A stretch of DNA of 64,000 nucleotides from positions 8,432,001 to 8,496,000 of the forward strand of contig NC_045138.2 of the NCBI RefSeq assembly GCF_008831285.2, given 5' to 3'. The translations under genes and the position numbers were made by a program. The stretch's first letter is position 1. The number at the start of each line of letters is the position of its first letter. Below, one piece after another: positions 49,153 to 63,391 of this stretch. The notes under the pieces are model-generated. The model did no database searches and was not told the DNA's origin. It saw only the letters and a list, made by a program, of their open reading frames with translations. Origin of the DNA: Nymphaea colorata (Eukaryota).

Positions 49153-51598
49153 AGTACTGCAGCATATTTGTTAAACCGTTTGACCACAAAACCATTAAAG
49201 GACAAAACTCCTTTCAAAATTATTCACAAAAAACATCCAAATTATAATCATATTCGGACATTCGGATGTCTGTACTATGCATATAATATTTCAAAACGTC
49301 ATAAATTTGATGCTCATTCACGAAAATGTGTCCTTATTGGATATCCATTTGGACAAAGTGCTTATAAACACTTTACGATCTTGAAACACATGAAGTCTTT
49401 ACAAGTCGTGACGTTCATTTTGAAGAACATGAGTTTCTTTTCTCTAGCATCCAAGATAGTGATAGTTGGTGTGTGGTGCCTCTCCTTACACGTGAATCTC
49501 TTGAATATGAGTACATGGTTCCTAGTCATGATTTCATATCTCATGAAACTACCACCACATTGCCACATGAACACTCCCTATCAACATCACCAAACGAACC
49601 TCCTCTACCCACTATGCCACAACCTGACCCCAACGGTACCACTGTTAGTCACTTACCATTAAGTCGTTCTACTCGGCAGTGCATGGTACCATCTCGTCTA
49701 CAAGAGTATCGGTGCTTTTACTCTACCTCACTCAAATCCTCTAATTTGGGTAATAGTACTAACTCTACAACACCAACACATCATTCAATGCACCATTTTC
49801 TTCATCTTGATAATTTTTCCCACCGTCATCAAGCCTTTTTAACTACTATTCTCAACAATCGAGAACCATCTTCTTTCAATGAGGCAATACAGTATCAGAA
49901 ATGGAGAGATGCTGAGCTTCAAGCATTAGAGGCAAACTCTACTTGGGAAATCACTTCTCTTCCACCAAGCAAAAAACCCATTGGTTGTCGCTAGTTTTAC
50001 AAAATCAAGTATAAAGCTGACGGATCTGTTGACAGATATAAGGCGTGACTTGTTGCTAAAGAATATACACAAACCAAAGGTATCAACTACACAGAGACTT
50101 TTTCTCATGTTGTCAAAATTACAACTATTCGATGTCTTCTATCCCTTGCTGCTATTCAAGGGTGGTCACTTTACAAAGTCGACGTCAAAAATGTCTTTCT
50201 TCATAGAGACACTTTACAAAGTCGACGTCAAAAATGTCTTTCTTCATGGAGATTTACAAGAAGAAGTCTATATGTTTCTTCCACCTGGTTTTACCCGACA
50301 ATGGGAGAACATTGTCTGTCGGCTAAAGAAATCTCTTTATGGGTTGAAACAGTCATCTCAGAATTGGTTTTTTAAACTCACTAAGTTCCTTCAACACCTT
50401 GATTTTTCTCAATCTAAGGCAGATTACTCCTTGTTCTCTAAGGTCAACAAGAATGGCAGTATTTTTATCATGGTATATGTTGACGACATTATTATTGCAG
50501 GAGATAATCAACAAGCCATTGATCAGTTGAAGGTCATTATCAATGGTAAATTTCAATTGAAAGATTTGAGAGAACTAAATTATTTTTTGAGCATTGAAGT
50601 TGCAAGATCAAAACGTAAAATTTTTCTTTCTCAAAAGAAATATATAATGGACACTCTCAATGAAGGTGGATATAATGGGGCCAAACCAAGTGACACATCA
50701 ATGGAACAACATCTAAAGGTTGATGATGAAAAAGGTAAACTGTTAGAAGACCCTACTTTCTTCAAAAAAATTATTGGTCGCCTATTCTATTTGACCATCA
50801 CACGAGCAGATATTCTTCATAGTGTCCACTTAAAATTCATGGCACACCCAAGAATCACTCACTTGGAAATGGCCTTTCGCATCCTTCGATATATTAAATC
50901 ATCGCCTGGGCATGGTATTCTTTTATCATCTAATAGCAACATTGTTGTTAAAGGATTTTGTGACTCGGACTGGGCCTCATGCCCAATGACAAGGAGATCA
51001 ACTTCTGATTCTGTATATTTATGGAAGACAACCCAATATCATGGACGGTCAAAAAGCAATCCACTGTATCAAAGTCTTCAGCAGAAGCAGAGTATAGAGA
51101 CATGGCTCTAGCCACATATGAAATGACTTGGATAAAATATATTCTCAAAGATTTTGGAATCATTCATGAACAGCCTATGGAGTTACATTGTGACAATAAT
51201 GCAGCAATACATATCACTGCAAATCCGGTATTTCATGAAAGGACTAAGCATACAGAGATCGACTGCCACGTTGTTTGCGAGAAAATTCAAAGTAAAGAAA
51301 TCTGTACCAAACACGTAAACTCTGAAAATCAAGTTGCTGGTATCTTTATTTTTCAAGTTAAGAGGTATGTTGGCCTTAATCGATCCAGGAGCTCCAACTT
51401 GAAGGGAATTGTTGGATGTTATGCAAATCTAGTCTATGTAGGCAAGTTGTATCTTTACAAGATATCACAGTTGTAAAATCTCTCCCTTGTTTCCTTTTTC
51501 TGAGGAAGAGATAACGCTTGGATGTTATGCTCACTCTTGTATAAATACTGTAATTTGATTACAATACAATCAATCAAATTCTAGTTTTCTTGAGTCCA
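49153..51598 (+). mobile_element. Ty1/Copia 3' half (end of IN, RT, RNase H, PPT, short LTR about 51410-51598)
   Basis: TFGCLYYA; DVKNVFLHGDLQEEVYM; LKKSLYGLKQ; VYVDDII; CDSDWASC; SSAEAEYR; NPVFHERTKH; PPT TTGAAGGGAAT followed by TGTTGG. LTR right end approximate. Confidence 0.9.
50167..50252. repeat. 43-bp tandem duplication in Copia RT
   Basis: CACTTTACAAAGTCGACGTCAAAAATGTCTTTCTTCATRGAGA occurs twice. Confidence 0.92.
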
Positions 51599-51599
51599 T

Positions 51600-52400
51600 T
51601 GTTTATGCATGCACCATCCTTGACCTGGAATCAGCCCATGCTAGGCTCAATGTGGTTCAGCTCGCTAATAAGCAGGATAAGCTAGTTTGGCTAAATAGAG
51701 AAGCCAAGTCTATGAAAGGGTGGAGCATCATGAGGAAGAAGAGGATTAATAATCGTCAGAGGAAATTCGTCTAGGACACTAAAATCGCCCCTAGAGCAGC
51801 ATGGACCCTTTACATCGCTTATGAAGGTAAGCTAAGCACCCTTGACAGGTTGAAGAAACGGGGTATCTCCTTATTCAAATAGTATCTATATCCCAAGTAT
51901 ATCAACCAAAATTTGGCAATAGTGCTTCAGCTTTTTCAGGAGCCTATACCGGTATGAAGATGACAAGAAGCTAATGCTGATTTGGGTTAGATCAGGGGTA
52001 ATTTTTACAAAAATCCCTCAGCTGGAGGAAAACCAGAACATGATTCAAATTATGTCCCTTGGCACAAAGAATGGTAAGTTCATCTATGCTGTTTGGAAAG
52101 ATGAGGCAGAGGGTAACCTGAGGCATGACATGTTAAGAGCGGAGGGAGGTAATGACAGTGCTGAAATGTGCCTTCTGTGGAAATGGCTTCGATCATCGCG
52201 TGCAAATAATGAGAGGAAGGGAGTTATCTCTAATAATAAAGCTTGGACTGGGAGGCTCAAACGGATGACAGCAGCACAAAGGGAGCTCCCCCATGAATGG
52301 GAGCTCATCAGTGAATTTAGTGGCCTTCTGTACGTGACAGCGATGCTTCCTTCTCTCTGCAGGTTTGTTAATGTGCAGATATGGGCTCAAGATGGTAAAC
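51600..52400 (+). pseudogene. L1 LINE ORF2 C-terminal remnant (zf-RVT region)
   Basis: QDKLVWLN...KFV*DTKIAPRAAWTLYIAYEGKLSTLDRLKKRGISL, then IYAVWK downstream. Confidence 0.75.
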
Positions 52401-54103
52401 TTGACACAGGTTGATAGTGGGTGTGAGGCCTCAGGTTTCTTGTAAGCCAGAAGGGTCTCTTCTTATATTTTGGTGTTGTTAGCTTCCCAGTTGGGTTTAA
52501 CCTCGGTGTTCCAGAAGTTTGCTGGATTTGATTTTTGCCTTTAGGTGCTGTAGAATGGGGATAATGCTCTAATTCTCCATGGTTCTCATTTTTGCTGTAT
52601 ATAAACTCCTTCCTTCTTAATAAAGGTCGTGAGCCTATCTCCCAGCAACTTTCCATTGAGAAAATGGCTTCGTGTCATGCATCCATAATTACATGCACCA
52701 CAACAAGAGAGACTCTAAAACAAGTGAAAAGATTCGAAGGAGAAAAAGTTACGTTGTAGTAGTTAATACTTGAATGAGAGTGGTAAGGAGATACCTGCAG
52801 AAACTTTCATAGTCTTAAAACAACATTATCGTGGCAGGGACTGCTTGAATTTGACTCTACCTTTTGAGGTGGGTGGTGAAAAAATCCTTTGGGGTGGGTA
52901 GTGAAAAAAGTGAATGCCCACTAGATGTAGTTGATTCTGGTTCGAATGGCATGGGTGTCACATTTTGCTGTTACAGATGAGTACTGAGTACTATAACTTT
53001 GGGGTAGAGTAGCCTCAGAGTTTTATGCCATAGGCAGTGGCAGAGCCACATTTTAGTTGGTGTGGGCAGCCACAAAATTTACTTTATTTACATATAAAAA
53101 TTTCACTGATTTTCATTTTTTTTACATATAAATGCTGCTTAAAGTTTGAAATTTAAACGTAGAGTGCCCCTTAGCCAAAAACCATCAAAAAAGTGTTTCA
53201 ACTGGTGTGCGATTTCCTCGAGTAAGAAACAAAGTGGAGGTAGGAGTAGCGTCAGAGTTTTACGGCGTAGGGCCAGCAACAAAGTGTCTCAACCCACGTG
53301 TGATTTCCTCGAGTAAGAAAGGAAGCCACATATAAAGGGTTAACACTTCCTCTGGTAAAATTTGTCGCATGCTTTGAGGAGCTTGGCGCAGTTGATTAGA
53401 CATGCTGAGTTGCAAACGCACCTGCTGGTTTGATGGTGTCAATCCTTCAACCCCTACACAACTTTGGGCTTGCGCTTGTCTACATAGCCTGAACCTGAAC
53501 CTGAAGGGCAAGGGAAAGAAGGGAGAGTAGGTTTTGCTATATATCCCAACATAGAAACGATGATCCATGCTCTTTATCATGCATTTATTGGCAAAATAAG
53601 GAACTCCAGGTGGCAAAACCTGAACCCCTTATAAGAAGTTTCTCTGCTGAAAACTGCCTTTTGGTTAAGGTTGCGACGCTTTTCACTTTGTTGCACGATA
53701 AAGCCTTATTCCAATACCAAATAAGTTCTTCCACGATAAATTATCTAAAACAAGTTATCCTAAATAATTTCCCCTAAAAATTCCCCTTCATGCCAAATGC
53801 CCATCCACAATCATGTTGTTACACTGCTTAACAAGAACCACAGAGAGAGAGAGGAGGGGGTGGAGCTGACAACCACATCAACCAAGTTGGATTCAAAATA
53901 TAACATCCTGAGCAAAGAACCAACTTCACCACACAAACATGATACACGGGGATCTCCTCATGCACAGGGGGATAAGCTATAAACAGTGACAAAAGCTCTT
54001 CAAAGGGGAAATGGTACCCGCCAAATGCTCACAAAAGCCGAAAAAAGGTCACAAAGACGTTGGTTGGTTGTATGAGTAATGAGAAGCATAGGTATTAGCC
54101 GCC

Positions 54104-57100
54104 TTAACCAGTTAGGCTGGCGAGAGAGTTCTTCAGGTTGGAGTATAAATCATACAGAGAGTACTGCCTTAGATTTTTCACTTCATACCATGAGTTCAGA
54201 GCAACGTAATTCTTGTCTGTGCCAGAGAACGTCAGTTGTACACTCAGACTACAGTCAATGTTGCCCTGCCGATCTTTGCACTTTGTGCGCGGGATTGCAC
54301 AGTTTTGACCTTCTATGCAAACTGTATTTGATTTCCCTGAACATGCCGCACAATTGTCACTTTTCCAGTACAAGTTTTGGAGCCTTCCTATCTGAAATTC
54401 AAGAACCTGTAACATGCATATAGGCAGCCGATCAGACACAAAATAACCAATGCTAAGCCATAGTGTTGGTGTTTTAGAAATGCATAAACCATACCAATGT
54501 GAAGCTGGAGACAATATAGCTGTCATTTGCAACAAATACAGGGAAAGACCGTGCTGCATACTGTCGACCAGCAAATGCCACCATAGAAACATTCTACAAA
54601 ATAGAAATAAGTTGATCCATGGAAGTCAAATAACAGAAATAGGACTTATATATTGCACAAGTGCTCGAATCAAGTCATCGGAAAAGGATGTTATGCTTTG
54701 GATATTTTTCTAGGAGCTCATGGAGGAATTGAAGCATGATTGTTTCCGAAGAGGCAAAAAGTCATCATCCACCTGGACTAATGACTTGAGGGAAAGTACC
54801 CGACCAAAAGAGCAACGGGTGATGGATGCATCAATTCTGATGAATGAGCAGAAGTTGCCAAATTTTGTAGTTTGTCGAACAATTAAGTATGTGAAACATG
54901 TTAGTATGCAATGACAAATAACAAAGAGGCAAATTAACAGCCCACGACATTAATGTCAGCTAAACCACATCCCTGATGGATATAAGACACATCATCAGAT
55001 CAATTTTAAGATACATTTATCCCCTCAATGGTGATAACTGATCATTTGAAGCAGCACATTGTGTAGCATGAGAGGATGAAAACTTCTGATGAGAAAACAA
55101 GAAGGGAAAAATGAAACCACCACCAATTCTGTTCTCTTCTCTATGGTACTGAAAAAAAGAACGCAACAGAGAGAAACTCTAAGAGCAGATTATAAAAGTT
55201 AGTGGCTACACAAAAACAGCAACAAAGGTTGGAGAACGGAGACAGAAGAATGTAAAATATTACAACCATGTTCCTGTTAATGAAAAGAAGCACAAAATGT
55301 TACACAAAAGCCATATAAGACTTGTAAACAAAGGCTACTAGGAAGATGATGGTTATGCATCTCTAGATTGATGCATCGCAGCAAATTTCAAAAGCACCCG
55401 TAAAGGTAAAATGGCAGTTCAGACCTTTTTGTTCAGTAAGTATCAAATTTATGTAAATGAATAAACCAAAGCATCCATGTATTTCGCAGGGACATTGCAA
55501 TCGTAAGTTGAGAGAACTAGTTGATGCTGTGTCTGTCATGGAGAAACAGCAATGGACATTGTCAAAGTTGCATCTAATGGTGTTTATCGTGATGCTTTTG
55601 TCTTCAAATTTGAAACACTATCAACTAAAATCTTATTTGTTTAGATAAAAAATATTGCAGCTTACTTATATTATTCAGATCCATGTTTGGTTGAATACCT
55701 TTTATCTTTAGCTCATAAATATATGCACAACCTCTCCTGAGCGTGAGGATATATCATACACATTCATGTCTTGTCCCAAATTAAATCCACATCCACATCT
55801 GTCTATGTAGGACCCTACCTTTGGTCACGATTCACTAGCCATGGCTGATCATGGCATGGGAACATTCTCTTCCAATTGCCAAGCACTAGACTTGCATCCA
55901 TTCAAGTCATGGAAATCAATGAATCATCTGAGATATGTTGGTTGTCAAGTCAACACATCCTACATTGTTAGCCGTGATCTTCTGGATTTGTTTTTTTCAG
56001 TGCCATCTGAAATTCATTCGCTAATCCAACTTCCAAAAGGGGACCATTGGTTTACTTCCAACAAGGGTATGACAAAGTAGAAAGCAGCCTGTTGCACGTA
56101 CGTCTTTACAAGCATTCATGACAGGACTGAATAGCTTTTCCAGATGAAACAAGATCGTTTACAAATCTTACATACCAAATCATCCTGTAAGTTCACCATG
56201 TCAGTTCTTTCCCAAAACATGCCTGAAGTAAGCATAATAACAACTAAAACATATTGCGGAAACCTGGGCTGTGAACAGATGCCTTCCAAGCCTGATTGAC
56301 TTCAAAGGGAGTTTGGTCATTCAATCCAGTCAAACCATATCGAATCAATCCAGTTTCTTTCTATTCAAGGTGAATGTGGGGGGATGAAGAGAGGAGACAG
56401 AGACCTTTTAAAACCTCGTAGAGATTACAATGCGGGACTAGAATATGAAATCGTGGAGTATCTCCAGATAGAAAAAAATTAACTGGCTGGATATGCTTGT
56501 GAAAATGCAGAGGCATATTCAAACCATACAGGGACATTTACGCGCTACCATGTGTGGAGTAGGTAGCGACAAATTTATGATGGTAAGTGGAAAAGTTCCC
56601 GAGGTTAGAGTTTGGGGGAACCAAAGCAAGTCACGTGGTCATTGCGCTGACATGTTCTCTTCTTAGACTTGAAGAAGACAAATGAGAAAAACAAATCTGC
56701 TTTCAAAATAATGTGACATATTAGTGTACCTAAAATTCAGAAAGCAGTCTCAGCTCTCATATGCACTATCATCAACCTGAATAATTTTTTTCAAGCAAGG
56801 AAAAACAAAATTACATTTATATACTTACATAAATATATATTAACTTCGGATAATCATAGAAAGCAACAAAAAATCAAGAAAAGAAAAGGAAGACTCAGCC
56901 AATTGTGATATTGACCAGAGAAAGGATATGTTTTTGGACGTGATCACGAATTACCAAAGTGGCCAGTCATTCAATTTCAAACTCAAAACCCATACTACAA
57001 GCAACAAAACACAGAAAAGAGATAAAAAAAAGGGAACCTGTTGGAATATCTGGCCGAAGTTGGAATAATTTATGGTGAGGAGAGAGATCTCGTCGACCTT

Positions 57101-57373
57101 CGGCCTGAACACAGCAACCTGAGCGTTAGAATTCTCGAGGCCTAGGCGGCCATCGCAGGGAGAAAGCTGGACTTTGTCTGGCTGGGAGAAGAAGCTATCA
57201 CCGGGCGAGAAAGCCAGGCCGAATGTGAAGCCGTCCGATTTCTGGATCAGGGTGTCGAGGCACGGCTGAAAGACATTGTTGGTATCGGAAGCATCGATGC
57301 AGACGACAATTCCAAGCAACAGAGAAAACAGAAACGCTGAATTCCTGGGGAAACTCCCCATCATCCTGCCCAT
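54104..57373 (-). CDS. Expp1-like conserved plant secreted protein, about 245 aa; exons 57373-57038, 54593-54495, 54406-54104
   Basis: Signal-peptide-like N-terminus; DGFTFGLAFS..QLSPCD..VFRPKVDEISLLTIN | MVAFAGRQYAARS..SFTL | VLEFQ.GRLQNLYWK..Cys-rich..LNSWYEV.NLRQYSLY; in-frame GT-AG introns; resembles Arabidopsis At3g44150/At3g11800 from memory. A small extra terminal exon cannot be excluded. Confidence 0.88.
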
Positions 57374-57874
57374 CGTCTTTTTTCTTCCTCCTGCAACCCG
57401 AAGGGATAAATAAGACGACTGCCCTTTCCTCCTCCCTTCTTTTTCTTCTTCCGTTTTCCTTCCTCCCCAGGAATCGGTTATCTTACCTGTGAGAAAGGGT
57501 TATTATTTTTAATCAATCTACTTTTCACCCTCGATCGGACGCCTCCCCTGTTCCTTTCCGCTTTGATTTGATCGTGATCGGATAGCGACGTGCAGTAAAA
57601 AGGAGATGGGTATTGGTCGATCAAAAGGGTGGACGATATCCCGAGTTCGATCGACGGAAGGGCCTGATTTCTGTAAGAGAGGAGGAGGGGGGCACGTCGT
57701 TCCTTCCACCCTCCCCACGCGCCTCTGATTTTTAGGAACGAAGACTTGCATGGAAAGTTCCCAGGAGAGAGAGAAAGTAGTTATATGACGTTAGGTGTCA
57801 TTTTTTCCCATCCGATGACGTGAAAAGACCGGACATGGTCGACAGAAGGCGCGTTCCCTATTCCCTTTGCTTTA

Positions 57875-58297
57875 GGGGCCGTCCGTTTAATGGTGAGAAG
57901 AAAAAAGTTTTTTCAAAAAAATTTTTAAAAAAAAATTTTTGGAATTGAAGAAACGAAAAAAAAATTTCGTTTTTTCAAAACCAGTTTGTGTTTGTTACGA
58001 GGAAATTATTTTTCTAGAAAAAAATTTCTTTGTTTGATAGGAATGGTGAGGAGGAAGAAGGAGGAAGAAGAGAAGGAGGGAGGAGAGAGAAAAAATTTCC
58101 TTCTCCAACGGTCACAAAAAAAATTCTGGAAAAATTTCTTCACCCTTTTGGTTGGAGAAATTTTTTCGAAAATATTTTTTCAGAATCATCTCCAACGATC
58201 CAAATTTTTTTTTCATGATTGATGAAATGGAAAAGTTTTAAAATTTTGAATTTTTTTTCGTGTTCAACAATGCTTTTCCTGCCAACCAAACGCCCCC
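57875..58297. mobile_element. Tourist/PIF-Harbinger-like MITE
   Basis: TTA|GGGGCCGTCCGTTT ... AACCAAACGCCCCC|TTA: imperfect TIRs, 3-bp TTA TSD, A/T-tract-rich interior. Confidence 0.65.
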
Positions 58298-59161
58298 TTA
58301 AAAAAAAGGGTAATTACAAAAAAGCACCACCATTTTAACAATAACAAACGACAGCGGCAAAGTTCCTGAGTAACCAACAGGCCTCACTCTCAAATCACAG
58401 CATGCTAAATTCAAGCGTGTATTAGGGGAGGTAATTTATAAAATTATATTTTTTTCAAATAAAATATAAAAAAATAGAAGAATTATTTAAAAAACACGCG
58501 ATGTCCAACGAAGGGTTTGCCAAGTCCCCTTGGGCATGTATTCATAAGAATTATGGCGAAAATATGGGCCCCTATTTGTTAGTCCTTGAATCTTGAGGGA
58601 ATTTGAAGTCGCGGACACATGATGTTTGAAATTACGTATAACTACCTAAGACTTGAACATAATTTGTTAAAAGCATCGCCATGTAGGGGGGCCCCACAAA
58701 GACCGAGCCCGAACCCACAATCTGCTGAGCCATATTGTGGCTCAGCGGCCAATGTCAAGCGGACCCAGTCATATTTTACGCTGTTAAGTACGGTTTTGGG
58801 GGGGGAATTTTTGACAAATATATTAACAAGTTGCCTGAATTTGTATAGAAAATATTAATATTGGGAGTCGCCATTTCCTAGCTAGGAAAGTTGCTTTATT
58901 GCCATAAATTTGTGACTGCTGCTACTCCACAGCATGATGAGCTTCCAAACATGTAACGGCAGCACCTGCCCTGCCATCTCTGCAGCGGGAGACAACGTCA
59001 ATGTTGGCTCAGCAATTGTCTTTTCTCGTCCGCACTCCCCACAAAGCGGAGCTGGTTATATGCAAACACACAAATTTTTTTGTGCATTAATATGCTTAAT
59101 GAACAACAATTTTTTTTAAAAAAACAAAAATAAAACCAAAAAGAAGTTTAAAAAACCTAAA

Positions 59162-59171
59162 ACACACACAC

Positions 59172-59222
<51 letters not shown>
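59162..59222. repeat. Compound (CA)n(AT)~20(GT)n microsatellite
   Basis: Direct reading of the sequence. Confidence 0.95.
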
Positions 59223-59223
<1 letters not shown>

Positions 59224-59719
59224 GGCAAAGAGAGGGGGGCTGCTGTAACTGCACCCCAATTAGTTGAAAAGAAAAAATTATATTAAAATTTTTTAAAAAT
59301 TTTAGTTGCATAATGTATTTTTTGAATTTAGGTTTACTTTGGTTCTATTCAAATAAATTTATTTTATTGGACTGTTTGAGCCGATTCTGAAAAAGATTTC
59401 AGATCCTGGTTTCTGCCTATCACTTTCTTCTTCTTTGCCACACAAGTAGGATCCTTAATTTGTTCATCCTAAGGTCCATAGCGAGTTTGCCTTCCAAAGG
59501 AATAAAAACCATTTAAGAAGTTATGGGAGGCACCCCTTGATGCCAGACTAAAGCTCTCCACGACTCTTCTAGACTTTTTCTGTGCATATGGTTAGGAGCG
59601 GACTTAGAACTTTTTTCAAGGGCAGACCAAACGGTTTAACAAACTTATTCAAGTAGGACCAAGCGCATCATAACCTAAACCGACACCTAACACCTAGACC
59701 AAGCGCATCTAGGCTGTTA

Positions 59720-59898
59720 AGTGGTAGATATGGGCTGGATAGGGCTGGGCCTAGCCCGAGGGCCGAGGATGACCTGATGTCCATGGGGCTCCATTCGGCT
59801 TGGTAGGTTATTTCATATTATTTTATTTAAAAAAATACTTTTTTTATTTTAATCGGGTCGGGTCAAAGCTCATGAGTGTAGGGCTGGGCTCGGCCCAA
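59720..59898. mobile_element. Degenerate MITE remnant similar in style to 772-1027
   Basis: GGGCTGGGCC-type motifs on both sides of an AT-rich core; no clear TIR or TSD. Confidence 0.35.
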
Positions 59899-60403
59899 GT
59901 TTTGGTTTCACCGATTTCTTTTCAATAAAGTGAGGCCTGACGATCGTTCTTAACGTTTTCCATCAGCCACCACCCATGAAGCCGTCGTTTGCCAATTGCT
60001 TTATAGAAATCGTGTACCAGTTCATAATTTTCTAAACTTGGGCAGTTTTAAAAAATAATTTAATCATTACTCATGTTTTCATAAAAAAAAATTCTCCTTT
60101 TCTTAGTCCATCTTTTTTAGCCTAATGTTGTCAATATTAAAGAGGATCAATTAATAGATGAGTATTAGAATAAATCTAAAAATAATAACCTTTTCAAATT
60201 TAAATCCGCCTTGTAATAAGTGGTTCCATTCCACTTAATCTTTAAGACAAATTCACTTTTTTTTCTTTTTTACTTTGTTTGTTTCTTCAAATTATCAATA
60301 TAGTTTAATCATTTATGTGCATAAAAGGGTATTTTGTTTAAAATTTTATTTGAACAGATTTTCTCATTTTGTGAACTGTATGTCTCTTTCTATGGGCAGG
60401 CTG

Positions 60404-60513
60404 GAATCAAGTCTGACATGATTGTTACGTAGAAGGAAATAAATCTTTTTAAATTTAAGAATCAAGTCTGACATGATTGTTACGTAGAAGGAAATAAATC
60501 TTTTTAAATTTAA
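60404..60513. repeat. 55-bp tandem duplication
   Basis: GAATCAAGTCTGACATGATTGTTACGTAGAAGG... at 60404 and 60459. Confidence 0.92.
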
Positions 60514-62062
60514 AGGTGTCGAGTCAAATTTAAAAGATTTCATAAAAGCGACGCGAGTGTTCATTAACGGCTTAGGCCCGACTTCAGTTGACGGGTTAAA
60601 AAATAAAAAGCGCCAATTTTATTAAAAACGGTTCGCCTTTAAAACCCCCTTAATATTGTATCGATTGTCTCTTCCGAGACATCCAATCTAAGTATCGTAT
60701 CAACTGAAGTGTACACGTATCTTTTAATTGATGGTCTCATCCGAGACATCCGATATAAATAATCGATCTGAATCGTAGAAATGCGATTTCATATATTTTT
60801 ATTAAAAAAATAAATTCGAGAATAAATAAATAGGAAAAAATTATTTTAAAGATGACCAGCGGCCGATAACCACATTGCCGATTTTTAGAGCATTTCTCTT
60901 CATGGCTTACCTGCTGACCTCAAAAGTTCCAGATTAAGTTGAGCTGCTGAGGCCCCAGCATAATCTGATACAATTCTTTTTTGTATGAGGTCTGATCCAC
61001 ATATGGCAGACAATGGTCGAGTCAGAAAATTTTAGCTAAGAGATATTAATTGTTTAAGTTTAAATCTTTATGGGGCACTTACATGTAAATAAATAAAAAA
61101 ATGGCGACCTACCAATGTATAAATAAGACTTTTTGTTGGGCTGGTGTGGGTCACCGCCCCACACATCACACATGCCTCTGCTGTTAAGTCAATCTAAATC
61201 CAATCCGATTGATTGAGTGGATAACAATTTTTTTTTCATATTGGAGTTTTAAGGAAGTTCAGTCGAATATACAATCTGAATCATATCTTAAAGGCCCTTT
61301 TTTTTCTTTCAATATTCAATATTCAATATTCATCCCATGTTTGTTTTATTTGCTTTTGGGATCATATTTTGACTATTTAGAGTCACCCAGTATGTTTTAT
61401 TTGCTTTTCTGATCATATTTTGACACCTAGCAATTTAACCAGGTCATCCATCTAATATAGATGATGGTTGAAAAAAAAACATTGAGAAAAAGATAAAAAT
61501 TAATATTTATATAACAAAAATGTTCATCACCCCTTAATTAGATTAGATGGTTGAAAACTTTAAAAAGCTAGAATCACCATTCAATATATATATATATATC
61601 AAACATAAGTTAAAGAAGAATCCAAAATGGTTAACTAGTAGCAGTATCAGATTCAGCTCCAATAAAATCGGAAACAAATTAAGTAATTTCATCTCTGAAA
61701 TCAGTGGTGGTGGGGTTGTAAAATTTTGGTTAAGAGGTTCCAATTGTTAGCTTGTGAAAAGAGACGCAGATGTCCCCATCAATAGCCAAAGGTGTGGTCA
61801 AAAGACGCAGTGGTTCATAACGGAACGAAAACGGCATGAAAACTCGTAGGCCTGAACCTGAGTCAAGCCTAAAGGAAGGATGGGTGCTAGAAGTGGCTTC
61901 CAGATGGGTGGGTGAAGGACGCACACATCGTTTTGCTTCCTTCCTGTCCCGGGAGGTTATCTCGCGGCGCATTGACCAGGAAGATGTGAATGGCCTAAAG
62001 GCCCCCAGCTTGATTTTCATCCGGCCTTGCTTGTTAATTTGATCCACAAGGTGTGAGGGGGG

Positions 62063-62099
62063 TGAGAGAGAGAAAGAGAGAGATAGAGAGAGAGAGAGA
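62063..62099. repeat. Imperfect (GA)n microsatellite
   Basis: Direct reading of the sequence. Confidence 0.9.
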
Positions 62100-62520
62100 C
62101 TTATCATACAATCCGCTGCTAAAATAGAAATAAATACACGACACCACTAACTGAAGTAGACAAAAGGTATGAAAATAAACATAAAATGCACACACAAAAT
62201 TCACTACCAAAATCCATAGGAAAGTCACGTTGACAAAAGCATTGCGCATAATAATAATTCGTTCACTTCTCCTCGCCACACAGATTTACAACACCTGGAC
62301 AACAGACGACACTAACTTTTATTGGCATCATAAACAACGCCTCAACTGAATGCTCGATGAAGCAGATACCCAATTTGAGAAACCCCTATATACACCATGT
62401 TACAAACAAAAGGAGGGGAGAGGTAGATGGCCTGTTTTCTTCACTGCAAAGTTCTATAGCTTGAATAGCAATTACTGACGGCCATGGTTCAGGCATCTTG
62501 CCTAACCTGCGTTCTGTGAT

Positions 62521-63391
62521 TCAGGCCACCTGTTCTGCAGGCTTCAGAGAATCACTACCAAGCTGCTTTTGAGCGTTCGCCTTTGTGCTCTTGTTAACTG
62601 CAGCCTTGTTAAGTGGATCACTCGCTGTTCTAGCTCCTGAACCTGTATAATGAAGAGAAACACAACCGAGTGGCTCGTCAGCTACGAGAAAATTCATCAG
62701 AAAAAACATTTTTTTTTTTCTTATCAAGATGTCCCTTTTACTAAACGTTAACAACCTGACAAGTAGTGAATGCCCAGAAGCATGGACTACACATAAGAAA
62801 AGTATGCCATTCCCTAGGTCTGACGAGATAAGAGAAACTAGTGTACATTGTTAACTACCACAAAGATAATGGAAGAATTTCAGCAAGGTGGAAAATGGCT
62901 ATCAGTAGCTACTGACCATTACTGGGAAGAGACAACCGCTTTTTGGCACTTCCAAGAGATGCCTGCCTTGGACGTTCTCTGGGGTTGCTCAAGGAACGGA
63001 AGTCTGGTACACGGGAAGAATCTGCTTCTTCAATCGGTCTTTCAGGGGATAGACTAGACTTCAGCTTGGCTTTCAGCACGTTGGTTACAAGAGGAGCGAC
63101 AGCTGACTTGTCAGAAGTAAATCCATCAGACTTCGAAGGATGTGCTTTCTGGCCATAATTAGTCTGGGAGGTAGGTTTCTTGCCAGAAATCTTGAGGGGC
63201 ACCTTAGTGTTGTTCGAGGTCTCAATGGCTCCATTTTCTTGAACCAATACACCATCCTTAAGATTTATGTTCAGGAACCGGTTTTCCCAGGGACGAACAG
63301 CCATCCAGCGTTCTAGCCAGTTCCATCCCCAGTTATTCTTATCAGGCTTAAAACCAGCAGGGACTGCAGCTGGCCTGGTTCCTGCTTGCCA
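62521..63391 (-). CDS. IQD5: IQ67-domain protein (IQD5-like), last two coding exons 63391-62917 and 62642-62521; 5' exons not found in this window
   Basis: WQAGTR...FKPDKNNWGWNWLERWMAVRPWENRFL and KKRLSLP are IQD hallmarks; TAG acceptor, G|GTCAGT donor, TACAG|GT acceptor in frame to TGA. Confidence 0.85.

Noticed and set aside
53035..53200. CAGTGGCAGAGCCAC start of a possible MITE
   Set aside because: No matching right TIR or TSD found.
54407..54592. N-terminal part of the 162-aa ORF
   Set aside because: It is intron plus out-of-frame exon 2 of the Expp1-like gene.
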